Sequence record: OR352957
Source: Escherichia phage AV127
DNA: 53,045 nt
Strand: one strand, 5' to 3'
The position numbers were made by a program, and so were the translations under genes. The notes beneath the pieces are model-generated. The model was not told where the DNA came from, made no database searches, and saw only the letters and a program-made list of their open reading frames with translations. Below, piece by piece: positions 1-9,055 of this stretch; the first letter of the stretch is position 1; each line of letters begins with the position of its first letter.

Positions 1-227
1 GCGCAAAGTAAGGTATACAATTTCGGCAGTATCATTGTGTACAATTACGCTAATGTCAACGATGTCGCTGGTACGGAAGGTAACAAAGTGCTCTTCAATT
101 ACTTGTTCGTCGGTATTAGGGCTGACGCCCTGAAAGGTCTTGAGTGTGTGAAACATTGGTTGTATCTCCTTAGCAGAATATACGTCTATTATGTATATAA
201 AGGAGGGGAAAGTAAATAGATATAAAT
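1..227. repeat. Terminal redundancy copy 1, identical to 52819-53045; carries the 5' end of the minus-strand gene (1-156) and half of the divergent control region
   Basis: Read directly: bases 1-227 match 52819-53045 base for base. Confidence 0.9.
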
Positions 228-249
228 GTATAAAATACATAAAAGTCTA

Positions 250-279
250 TTTACTCTGGTTTAATAACGTGTATATAAT
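250..279 (+). promoter_or_regulatory. Sigma70-like promoter TTTACT-N18-TATAAT upstream of gene 310
   Basis: TTTACT 250-255, TATAAT 274-279; member of a recurring late promoter family. Confidence 0.45.
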
Positions 280-309
280 GAGAGCCCCACAAACAAGAGG
301 AGAGACTCA

Positions 310-642
310 ATGATAAAGCCAAAACTGTTGCGGCATATTCGCAACGGTATTAAGCTACTCGCTGAAGGCAATGAATATGCCTGCAAGCAACGCGGTATTA
401 CAAAAGTCGGCCTGTTCAATAAAGAGTTACCAACTCGCTACTTTACCAAATCACCACTAACACTCGTACCTGCAGCGGAGTATTATAAAGACCCCGAAGC
501 AGCCCGGGCTAAAATCAAGGAAGGTCTTGACCGACTTGTAGAGGAAGGCTATTTGACAGTACGTCAACACACTGAATCATCTTATTACTACAAGCCAACT
601 TCTAAGGTAACCAGCAATGACAATGACGAGTCAGCCGAGTGA
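310..642 (+). CDS. Hypothetical protein (110 aa)
   Basis: ORF with GAGGAG SD 7 nt upstream of ATG; first gene of the plus-strand block. Confidence 0.5.
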   Translation: MIKPKLLRHIRNGIKLLAEGNEYACKQRGITKVGLFNKELPTRYFTKSPLTLVPAAEYYKDPEAARAKIKEGLDRLVEEGYLTVRQHTESSYYYKPTSKVTSNDNDESAE

Positions 643-3151
643 TATTCTCGGTCTGAAATACTTTAAGCCAGAAGGGATTCCCCAAGTCTTCAAAGATATG
701 AAGCGCTGGGCTATCTTTGAGCTAACGTACGAAGACGAGACTCTTGAAGTTCAATCCAAACCGAAGAAACCTGCAAGAGCGCCATCAGGCCGTTCCTTCA
801 GCACAACAGTGCCTGAAGAGTGGATGACTTTCGACGACGCCCTGACACGTTGTATTCGCAATCGTGAAATGAAGATTAAAGCTGTACAGGGGAATATCAC
901 CTTTGTGCCGGCTTTGGTTGTTCCTCGCCAGTGGTACTTTGTCGACCTGGACAACCATGAAGATAACCCAGACATTGAAGCTACCCACAAAGCGATAATT
1001 GAAGGGACTCGTGGTGCTTATGCCGAGACGTCAATCTCTGGCAAAGGGCAACACATTGCAATCCCTTTACCCTGGACTGCGGCAACATCTAAAGAGAAAG
1101 ACGAACAGCTGGACATCAAAATCCAGAAGGCTGAGATGTTCCTGGTAATGACGGGTAACGTGTTGAGTGAGTTCAATGCTAATCCTGTTTCAGCCCGTGA
1201 ATGGCATGCAGCAATTGAGAAGTTCTTTCTTGAATCAAGCGCACCTGACATTGATGTTGAGTTTGAGCAAGACGAAGACCGTGGCGAAGAGTATGACAAA
1301 GAGCTGTACGAACAGCTAGCCGACAATACTCGCTGGGCTTTAGAACACTATCTGAACGAGCACGCACCCGACGGTGTTGGTGTGAGTAATGACGGTTCTG
1401 AACGTTTAAGCCGTATCTTAAAAGACTTGCTTCGTGTAACCCGTAACTATGAAGTTACACAACGCATCTTCATGGCCAGCAAAGCTGCAGCATACGAAGG
1501 TCGTCGTGCAAGCCGACATAACTTGTCTGTTGACAAGTACCATCAGTGGTTCAGTCGTGTTGGTAAGACTGTGCTGAAAGAGATGCAACGTGATGGCTTA
1601 TTCGTCAAGACCAAGTTTGCTCTTGACATCAACAAAGAGTTAACCAAGAATTCTGGTGTGTCACTGGCTGAGAACGTTGAGTTCAAAGTCAATGACGATA
1701 TTCTGCCATCTGACGTATTTGTCAGGACGGCCCCGTCCGGGTTTAAACGGCTTATTGCTGAGATACAGGATAACATATCTCCGGCTAACAGGGTTAACGA
1801 CTATGCAATTGGCACAGCTCTTAACATCCTGAGCAACTGCGCTGGTCGCAAGTATGTTTGTCCAGTAGGCGGTCATGCTAACTTCCTGGTAACCAACATA
1901 ATTCTTGTGGGTGGTTCATCAATCGGTAAATCGTTGTATACCGAAATGTTCCCACAAATCCAGGCAAGTTTACCTGATACATCACCTATCAGCCTTAATC
2001 GTATTCCAAGGGAGCAGACTTTTGCAACCAGGACGTTTGCTGAACTGATGTCAAACCCGTCATACCATTCAGTCCAGTTGTTCTATCCTGAGTTTGGTCT
2101 GGCTTTAGGTTCAGGCTTACGCATGAATCCTAACAACCCGGACAACTTTCAGAAAGCTCTGATGGACGCTTCAACCAAGCGTAAGGTTGGTGGTATACTG
2201 ACAGGTATCAAACGTGCTAATGCTGACAATGATGTTAAGACAGTAAGCGAACCGTGCTACTCTATCCTGGGCGACTCAACTCAAGAGCTTATTCTTGACA
2301 ACACCCGCAAACAAGACTTCTCAAGTGGCTTTTTGCCCCGCTTCCTGTTCATCCCGAACTATGAGCGAGCGGAGTTTGCCAAACCTGAGAAAGTAGGACG
2401 TCGCCAGCAGATTCGCCGTACATCCTTTTCAAAGGAGCTGATTGAGAAGCTGGAAGCAATCGCTTATGTGAATGCTATCCCGCCTAACGGTAAATTAAGG
2501 CACGACCCGATTCCTATTTACGACGAATCGGATGATGATGACTTCCTGTACGAATACCAGTGCAACATTAATGACATGCGCCAGTATTACAGGGACAACG
2601 AAGTAGCATCCGCCTTTGTGGGCCGAATGGGTGAGTATGTATTCAACATAGCAGCACTGATTGGCTTACTCGACAACTGGGATGCTCCTGTAATGACCAG
2701 GGACAACATCGAATGGGCTTACAAATACGTTCTTCGTTGTATAACCGCCTGGGTCAATAACACAAGCAGGATAGTAGCACCACCAACTACCAACGCCGAA
2801 GTAGTTGATGGCTTCCTCAAAGTCTACAGGGACATTTTGGCCCTTTACACCAAAAGAGGATGGTCTGGCATAGTCAAGCATTATCCTGAGGGTGTTGTGA
2901 GAAGTATCCGAGAAGAACACCTCCAGATGAATGGTTTAAGCATATATGCTATTCGTCAGTCTTTGAGCTGGTTTAAATCAAATTACGGTTTTAATATCAC
3001 AGCTAATAATAAAGTCATTGACGGAATGCTACAGGACATGATTGACCAGGACTATTTAGCGGTTCAAGTATATAAGCCCACAAGAGGCCGAACTGCTAAC
3101 ATTTACTGCCTGACAGAGCGAGGATATGACACTGCTAAGAAACTAAAATAA
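617..3151 (+). CDS. Primase-polymerase (AEP-type) fused to SF3/D5-like helicase
   Basis: 844 aa; FVDLDN acidic motif in N-terminal half; Walker A GGSSIGKS mid-protein; start uncertain (overlaps previous ORF). Confidence 0.6.
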   Translation: MTMTSQPSDILGLKYFKPEGIPQVFKDMKRWAIFELTYEDETLEVQSKPKKPARAPSGRSFSTTVPEEWMTFDDALTRCIRNREMKIKAVQGNITFVPALVVPRQWYFVDLDNHEDNPDIEATHKAIIEGTRGAYAETSISGKGQHIAIPLPWTAATSKEKDEQLDIKIQKAEMFLVMTGNVLSEFNANPVSAREWHAAIEKFFLESSAPDIDVEFEQDEDRGEEYDKELYEQLADNTRWALEHYLNEHAPDGVGVSNDGSERLSRILKDLLRVTRNYEVTQRIFMASKAAAYEGRRASRHNLSVDKYHQWFSRVGKTVLKEMQRDGLFVKTKFALDINKELTKNSGVSLAENVEFKVNDDILPSDVFVRTAPSGFKRLIAEIQDNISPANRVNDYAIGTALNILSNCAGRKYVCPVGGHANFLVTNIILVGGSSIGKSLYTEMFPQIQASLPDTSPISLNRIPREQTFATRTFAELMSNPSYHSVQLFYPEFGLALGSGLRMNPNNPDNFQKALMDASTKRKVGGILTGIKRANADNDVKTVSEPCYSILGDSTQELILDNTRKQDFSSGFLPRFLFIPNYERAEFAKPEKVGRRQQIRRTSFSKELIEKLEAIAYVNAIPPNGKLRHDPIPIYDESDDDDFLYEYQCNINDMRQYYRDNEVASAFVGRMGEYVFNIAALIGLLDNWDAPVMTRDNIEWAYKYVLRCITAWVNNTSRIVAPPTTNAEVVDGFLKVYRDILALYTKRGWSGIVKHYPEGVVRSIREEHLQMNGLSIYAIRQSLSWFKSNYGFNITANNKVIDGMLQDMIDQDYLAVQVYKPTRGRTANIYCLTERGYDTAKKLK

Positions 3152-3162
3152 GTAAGTAAATC

Positions 3163-3204
3163 AAGGGCTTGGGTAATTGTAAAAATCCTAAGCCCTTATT
3201 TTTT
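3163..3204 (+). terminator. Rho-independent terminator after primase-helicase gene
   Basis: AAGGGCTT...AAGCCCTT stem followed by ATTTTTT. Confidence 0.6.
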
Positions 3205-3370
3205 AAGCTTATTTTACAAACTGATTAATATTTAAACTATAATTAAATATATGGGCGATAAGAGTATGATTTTATTACTCTTTTACTAGTCATAATATAT
3301 GGCCTCGATAAATAAAAATAAAGGGGGTAATAAGGGGATACAAGTACCGGATAAAAGGGGGTATATATTT

Positions 3371-3402
3371 ATTTATTATTATTATTATTATTATTTATTA
3401 TT
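3371..3402. repeat. (ATT)n microsatellite in AT-rich intergenic region
   Basis: Read directly: about 10 ATT units with one interruption. Confidence 0.85.
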
Positions 3403-3653
3403 AATTATATTAGAAGTAATAAAAACAGCTACTTAGAGGCGTCTATATGTATGATCCGGTTTATCTCTTTATTAATATCAGAACCGGATGAAAAAAATTT
3501 ACGCCGGTGAAAAATAATAAAAAACCGGACTGATAAATAATTCGTAGGCATGTCTAAAGCCAGGCGTGGCAAGCTTCGGTGATATTTACTATGTTATTGT
3601 ATGTTAGTGTGCGTTATAATATATTTATTATTCAACAGATGAGTTGTGCAACT

Positions 3654-4090
3654 ATGAATCCAATTGTAAAAGTATTTGAAGGTAAAAATATCACATTTTC
3701 ATCAATTAATAGAGGAACCAAAATGGTTCCCCTCATTGTTGTTAAAGGAAGCGATTTAGCTAAAGCGCTAGGTTACAGTCACTCGAAAAAAAACTTTATA
3801 AAAGGTTAGACAGCGATTATAAAATTACTGACGACAAAGGAACAGTATGGGTAACTGAACCAGGTATTTATCAGGCTATATTCGGTTCACATCTTGAATC
3901 AGCTAAAGCATTTCAGCGCTGGGCGTACGAAGAAGTATTCCCAACCATTCGTGGGAATGGTTATTACGTTACACCAGAGCTTCAACCAGCGCTGGATCTA
4001 CTGTCTGATGAAATAGACTTACTCCGTGCGTATGCTACAGCTGACTGTCACGGAAGAGCAAGGCTTAAGTCAAGAATTATGACAGTATGA
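3654..4090 (+). pseudogene. Bro-N domain (antirepressor-like) gene interrupted by a -1 frame change inside an A8 homopolymer (3786-3793)
   Basis: Frame 0 reads ...DLAKALGYSHSKK then stops at 3807; frame -1 continues ...LYKRLDSDYKITDDKGTVWVTEPGIYQAIFGS...AKAFQRWAYEEVFPTIRGNGYYV to stop 4088-4090; together a typical Bro-N domain. Confidence 0.55.
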
Positions 4091-4155
4091 AAAAAACAAG
4101 TAGAAAATGGTAACTCTTTGGACCGCGTAGTCCAGATTTTAAAAGGAAACAGTGC

Positions 4156-4587
4156 ATGGTAAATATTAGAGCGAAGGGCCAAAACTTTGAGCGTAAAATG
4201 GCTAAAAAATTTAATAGCTCGTTCGGATTAACTGTTGAGCGCAATCTTCAACAGTCTATTAATGGCGGGGATGACTTGTTGGGTGTGCCGTTTTTCAGCG
4301 TTGAACTGAAGAAGCACAATACCAAGTCTATCGGAACATGGTGGAGACAGTGTGCGGCATCGGCAAAGGCTCAGAACAAGATGCCAGTGCTTATATACGA
4401 ACTACCAAGAAAACAGCCTACCGTGGTGATGAATAAGGCTGATGTGATTGACTGCTTTCCAAGTGGCACGACTTTTAACGAGGCATCAAATCGCCTCTTT
4501 GTGGGTCTAGTAGAATTAACATGGGAACAATTTTGCCGGGTCTACAACTATTACGTTGCGCCCGGCACTCAGTATCATGTCAATTAA
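4156..4587 (+). CDS. Putative T7 endonuclease I-like Holliday junction resolvase
   Basis: 143 aa; GGDDLLGVPFFSVELKK resembles the PDFLLPNGIFVETK catalytic D...ExK segment of T7 gp3 (recalled, not searched). Confidence 0.4.
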   Translation: MVNIRAKGQNFERKMAKKFNSSFGLTVERNLQQSINGGDDLLGVPFFSVELKKHNTKSIGTWWRQCAASAKAQNKMPVLIYELPRKQPTVVMNKADVIDCFPSGTTFNEASNRLFVGLVELTWEQFCRVYNYYVAPGTQYHVN

Positions 4588-4769
4588 TCTTGTTTCAGCT
4601 CGTCGCAAATAACACGCTGATTTTTGGCAGGTATAATGCCAAGATTTAGCAAGGTGTATGGACTATCGGCGGCACATTGTTCAACGGTAGTCCATTCAGG
4701 TTTGGATTCAACAATTTTGTAACTACAATCATGAGTAGCCACACATGTTGCCAGGATTAAGCCAATCAC
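4584..4769 (-). CDS. Hypothetical small protein (61 aa)
   Basis: ORF track; hydrophobic N-terminus; convergent with 4156-4587. Confidence 0.3.
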   Translation of the reverse strand: MIGLILATCVATHDCSYKIVESKPEWTTVEQCAADSPYTLLNLGIIPAKNQRVICDELKQD

Positions 4770-4944
4770 AAGTAATCACCTTCAACCAGGAACTCAAACA
4801 ACTGGTTGTAAACGTTGCAACCTTTAGCGAAAGAACTTTCAGCAGGTTTACCATCGCGGACGATCATCATATACTCACCGCCATGGATGTCCACCCAGTA
4901 TTGCATGCCACCTTTGACCGGATTACGTTGTAAGAATTTAAACA

Positions 4945-5190
4945 TTATTTGCTCCTTATTCCAAGTTTATTCAATAACCAAATTGTCATGTCAACCCATG
5001 TTAACGGTACAGTTTTCGGGGGTTGATAATCCCAGCAGCTTGCAGTTCTTTGTATTTCTGCTTGGCGCCGCTCCGCTTCGCGTAATACCGCATCGTCAGA
5101 AGTGCCGGCAGAAAAAAGATCGGTAACACCAGATAAATCGCGTTGATTAACACGTCGAGCAATGTCATATAAATCATCCTTAGAAAACAT
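4945..5190 (-). CDS. Hypothetical protein (81 aa)
   Basis: ORF track. Confidence 0.35.
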   Translation of the reverse strand: MFSKDDLYDIARRVNQRDLSGVTDLFSAGTSDDAVLREAERRQAEIQRTASCWDYQPPKTVPLTWVDMTIWLLNKLGIRSK

Positions 5191-5417
5191 AAGCCAATAC
5201 CATAAGAATTATCAGAAAGATCCCAACCAGCTTCCTTATAGCCCGACCTTCAGCATATGCAGGATTCACAACAGAATACTCAACAACATGTTTACAGCGG
5301 ACCATAAGGCCTCCACTTGTGGGTTAATTCAATCATGAGGACTTTTGGCAAATCCTCATTGTTGAATCAATTACCAGCTTTTAATCAAGCCCTGTCAGTA
5401 TCAGGACTTGATTAATA

Positions 5418-5621
5418 TCACTCTATCATTACCTGAACTACTATTATACACTCTTTATTGAAGCGGGTAAACACTTTTCCACCATTGGTGCGTTTAGCCC
5501 CTGCTTTTAGAGCTGACTGGCACCAGATCTGCCACTCCTCAACTGTCAAGAATTTTTGCTCAGCTTTGGGTGGCAATCCATTGGCAAGGTCTACCGTAGT
5601 AAATTTGACTAGTGGCATCAC
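5418..5621 (-). CDS. Hypothetical protein (67 aa)
   Basis: ORF track; 4-nt overlap with upstream ORF suggests coupling. Confidence 0.35.
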   Translation of the reverse strand: MMPLVKFTTVDLANGLPPKAEQKFLTVEEWQIWCQSALKAGAKRTNGGKVFTRFNKECIIVVQVMIE

Positions 5622-6007
5622 TTGACCTCAAATTTTGACTCGTCATATTCCGGATCAGTCACGTCCCGGGTCGCACAATTTTTGATTGCCTCCCAGTAAC
5701 GTTGGGCATCATCGCCATCGACATAAACTGTCCAGTGGCCGTAACCACCTTCAAATCTGTCCCAGGCTTGTTCCCAGACTTTGCCATCTTCCAGCTTGTA
5801 CCAAGTTGGACGACTGTCAAACTCGCGGATTGGATGGTACCCCATCAAAGGATTCATTAGGTCAATAATGTCTTCCCGACTAATCTCCTGGTTCTCCCAC
5901 AACACCATCATGAATTGCTCAAACTTGAAGGCGTTTGGCAGAACTTTGAGGACTTCACCATCACGATATACGGTATAGGTGCCATCTTCGCATTTTGCAC
6001 TATACAT
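5618..6007 (-). CDS. Hypothetical protein (129 aa)
   Basis: ORF track; W/Y/E-rich. Confidence 0.45.
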   Translation of the reverse strand: MYSAKCEDGTYTVYRDGEVLKVLPNAFKFEQFMMVLWENQEISREDIIDLMNPLMGYHPIREFDSRPTWYKLEDGKVWEQAWDRFEGGYGHWTVYVDGDDAQRYWEAIKNCATRDVTDPEYDESKFEVK

Positions 6008-6073
6008 GTTTCTCTCTCCTGTTGATTGTGAATAATTTCAATTGATGGCACTACTTGAGTGCCATCTCAAAAA

Positions 6074-6640
6074 TTACTCAGTTTCTTGTTCTTCAATTTC
6101 AGGTTTTTCTTCAGCTTCAGGTTTTTTGCCTGTTACTGATTTGCCGTCAGTCACTTTACCAGATTTTACATCATTACGGTAGTATGACATATATGATTGG
6201 ACAACACGTTTTGCCCTAATATCATCCGCTTCCATCCCACAGGCTTTCATGGCATCAGCCAGCGCCAATTTGGAATCTTCTTTGTCCATCAAATTGTAAT
6301 CCTTGAATACTGCATAGCAGGTATCTTTGGTTGACGGACCGGATGAAGTTTTGCGGGTGCCACCTGCAGATGCACGTGATGCCGCAACTTTGACCTCTTC
6401 AACTTCCAGTTGGTTAAGCTCATCAAATAGGGCTTTCACCAGCACTTCTTTTGAGTCTTTGACACTTACAGAACTTTCATCATTAAGGGACTTGATCATC
6501 TTAATGATTTGGTTATTGGCAAAGTACTGCAGGCTATCCATCTGCACTACAATAGTCCCAAGGCTTTCAGTAGTCAGACCAGATTTTACAGACTCGACAG
6601 AAAAGGCGGAAGTCAGGTAAACGTAGTTAGTAGCAGTCAT
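6074..6640 (-). CDS. Hypothetical protein (188 aa), acidic C-terminal tail
   Basis: ORF track. Confidence 0.45.
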   Translation of the reverse strand: MTATNYVYLTSAFSVESVKSGLTTESLGTIVVQMDSLQYFANNQIIKMIKSLNDESSVSVKDSKEVLVKALFDELNQLEVEEVKVAASRASAGGTRKTSSGPSTKDTCYAVFKDYNLMDKEDSKLALADAMKACGMEADDIRAKRVVQSYMSYYRNDVKSGKVTDGKSVTGKKPEAEEKPEIEEQETE

Positions 6641-6735
6641 TTTGATGTATCCTCGTCAATAGAATTTTGGTAAGCGCCAATCCCTGGCAAGTAAGTCCAA
6701 ACATGACAACTTTTGTCAAGCTGTCATGATTGAAA

Positions 6736-6915
6736 TCACTTCAATTTGTTAAGTATTTTGGTCAATAGCTCAACTCTTTCTTCCTGGTCAGTAGGGTCAA
6801 AGTTTTCAATTGACTCCTTCCAGTCCTCCAGCAGTTCCTTTTCATTAAATATTGAAATGTCAAGAAATTCAACCAATAACTCAACTTCTTTTTTAGTCAG
6901 TTTCAAATCTTTCAT
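6736..6915 (-). CDS. Small K/E-rich protein (59 aa), missing from the ORF track because it is under 60 aa
   Basis: Hand translation of minus strand: MKDLKLTKKEVELLVEFLDISIFNEKELLEDWKESIENFDPTDQEERVELLTKILNKLK. Confidence 0.35.
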   Translation of the reverse strand: MKDLKLTKKEVELLVEFLDISIFNEKELLEDWKESIENFDPTDQEERVELLTKILNKLK

Positions 6916-6929
6916 CTTGTATGACCCTC

Positions 6930-7079
6930 TTACCCTTGATATTTGACTACTTGCGACTGGATGAAATCAACACAATCTTCCACGTCCATTGATTCAAAGT
7001 CTGGGACTGGTCCATTATTAATGTTGACACACCATAGCCCTTCATTACAATCATACCAAAGCGCGTAGTTGTCTTTCAT
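6930..7079 (-). CDS. Hypothetical small protein (internal ATG start of ORF 6930-7133)
   Basis: AGGAGT SD precedes the internal ATG (MKDNYALWYDCNEG...). Confidence 0.35.
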   Translation of the reverse strand: MKDNYALWYDCNEGLWCVNINNGPVPDFESMDVEDCVDFIQSQVVKYQG

Positions 7080-7296
7080 AATAGTTACTCCTGCTATTAG
7101 TTTCCAGGCGTGGCTACTGCTTCCAATAGCCACTAGTTGAAACTATTACCAGCGTTACTATCAACAAGAAACATGTTACCAAATTGTTAAAGAGCGGTCT
7201 GGTACTATTCGACCAGGTAAAGTTATTATTTGCGCATCTTGACGACGCGCGCCAGACAAGACGCTTGACACATTCATCATTCGTCTTGATGTAATA

Positions 7297-7325
7297 ATTA
7301 TAGGCCAGTCAATCAATGTTGTACA
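7297..7325 (-). promoter_or_regulatory. Sigma70-like promoter TGTACA-N17-TATAAT driving the leftward small-ORF island
   Basis: Minus-strand hexamers read from plus 7320-7325 and 7297-7302. Confidence 0.35.
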
Positions 7326-7370
7326 TAAAAGAATTGCAAGTTTATGCAAGTTTTTAGAAATGATAATCAC

Positions 7371-7889
7371 TTGCGATTGAGAGTGGTTCTCGTATGCAAT
7401 TGATATAGTTTCGCATGTAATTACTCAATCCAAAATGGTCGGCAGGGGTTATAATCACATAGGGGTGCCACTTAAAGGAGCCGGCGAAATTATTTCTAAA
7501 AATATAATTTCAATCTGAATTATAGACGCTTTATGTTATAACGGCCGAAGTAGTTCATACGGTAATTGTATCAATCGCAATAGTTACCATAGTAATCATT
7601 TCAATCGAAATAGGTGCGGCGGGGGGTAATTTCGCAAGGGTGCTACCTGCCAGGAGCCAGCAAAATTTTTTATTTTTTTCTCTATTTTCTCCTTATCAGT
7701 ACCAATCATCATCAGATTGATACGACAGGAGCTAACCTTTTGCCTAACACAATAATAAGTGAAGCCCCTCTAAAATTTTTTTATATTTTTCGGAAATTGT
7801 GTAGACACTCACTAAAAAGTGGTGTACTTTCTCTCCTCCACGCGCTATCATTAATGTGAATCATCAAACGGCCTCACGGTCTCCTACTT
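7371..7889. promoter_or_regulatory. Repeat-rich divergent intergenic region: two ~57-bp direct repeats (7440-7497, 7618-7670) and at least five TCAATYGMAAT-like motifs
   Basis: Read directly; repeats share CGGCRGGGG...GGGTGC...AGGAGCCRGCRAAATT. Confidence 0.5.
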
Positions 7890-8384
7890 GTGGGTAACAT
7901 TATGAAAATTGTTCAATTAGAGCCATATCCGCCTCAATTGGCTATCGTTTGTAGCGAAAAAGAGCACGAAGAGCTCCAAAAACTGATGGATTTGCCTGAT
8001 TTTGGCAACTGGAATGACCGGGAAACGCGTAATGCATCTACCTTTACATTCTCTCGCGTTAACTATCCGTACCTGTTAATCGTCGTCGAACTGTACCACC
8101 CGGACGACCTGAAGTACAACACCATTTCCCACGAAGGCATTCACGTAATGTCGTCGCTGATGAACTATGTAGGACTTAAATACGACCCAGAAAACGACGA
8201 ATGGTACGCATATCAGCATGATTTCATCGTAAATGCCATTTGTAAGGCCCATGATGAGTACCTGGAGCGCAAAAAAGCGCCAAAAACTAAGCCAAAAATC
8301 GAAACAGGTAACCATCCTGCTATACTGCCACAAGACGTTATGAACTCGCTTTTGACTGACACTACTGGGGACTTTTTTAGGTGA
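7890..8384 (+). CDS. Hypothetical protein with HEGIH (HExxH-like) motif
   Basis: ORF track; GTG at 7890 or ATG at 7902, weak SD. Confidence 0.4.
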   Translation: MGNIMKIVQLEPYPPQLAIVCSEKEHEELQKLMDLPDFGNWNDRETRNASTFTFSRVNYPYLLIVVELYHPDDLKYNTISHEGIHVMSSLMNYVGLKYDPENDEWYAYQHDFIVNAICKAHDEYLERKKAPKTKPKIETGNHPAILPQDVMNSLLTDTTGDFFR

Positions 8385-9055
8385 TTAATATTATCTTTGC
8401 AATGGGCCAAAATGGGGAATTCGGGTTATCTCCGGAGTTTATGAAGCATCAGGTTGACTCGTGTAAGACCATGGAAGAGGTTCGTGCGCTTCCTAAGTCG
8501 GGTTTGCCCTGGAAGTGTCCGTCAGATATGCTCTTTTTCAGGACTATGACTAATTCAATTGCGACAGAACCAGGCTATAATGCATATCAGCAACTACGGG
8601 GACAATTCCCGAGCGACCAGTTGCGAAACATGATAGCTGATGTAACGGTAAAAATGGTAGGGCATAGTGTATTGTTAGCCGGTCGTAACACGTATATGAC
8701 TATGAGTCTGCCTATGTCAGCCCACAGAATACTGCTGCCGGTATCTCGACAGATTATGGCTTCAGAAGGCTACAATAATCTGGGTGAGATGGCAGCAGAC
8801 CTTGAGTCCAGAGGTACTGACGTCTGGATTGTAGGCGGTGCCGAGTTGATACTTTCGGCCCTTGAAGAGCATGCAAAAGACTTACTCCGTATCGACAACA
8901 TGTTTATCAGTACAATTAAGCAATCAGGTCCAAGTGATATTTTAATGGATCGTAGCAAATTAATGATGTACATTGATAGCGACTTTACATATAATGATGA
9001 ATATGTTGATAACAAACAAGTTCTGATACAACGATACAGGAGTTTACACAAATGA
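8381..9055 (+). CDS. Dihydrofolate reductase-like protein
   Basis: MINIIFAMGQNGEFG...LPW...GRNTY...IVGGAEL matches DHFR layout; GTG start overlaps upstream stop. Confidence 0.55.
   Translation: MINIIFAMGQNGEFGLSPEFMKHQVDSCKTMEEVRALPKSGLPWKCPSDMLFFRTMTNSIATEPGYNAYQQLRGQFPSDQLRNMIADVTVKMVGHSVLLAGRNTYMTMSLPMSAHRILLPVSRQIMASEGYNNLGEMAADLESRGTDVWIVGGAELILSALEEHAKDLLRIDNMFISTIKQSGPSDILMDRSKLMMYIDSDFTYNDEYVDNKQVLIQRYRSLHK

Noticed and set aside
37-219. 60-aa plus-strand ORF in the terminal repeat (also 52762-53037)
   Set aside because: Antisense to the well-supported minus-strand gene 52537-52974, whose SD and start lie here.
6746-6946. Ser-rich 66-aa plus-strand ORF
   Set aside because: Low-complexity translation; the minus strand encodes a plausible 59-aa K/E-rich protein with an SD instead.
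7440-7670. The two 57-bp repeats as a CRISPR array or sigma54 promoters
   Set aside because: Only two imperfect copies with a 178-bp spacer and no cas genes; the TGGCAC-like segment lacks a proper -12 GC element.
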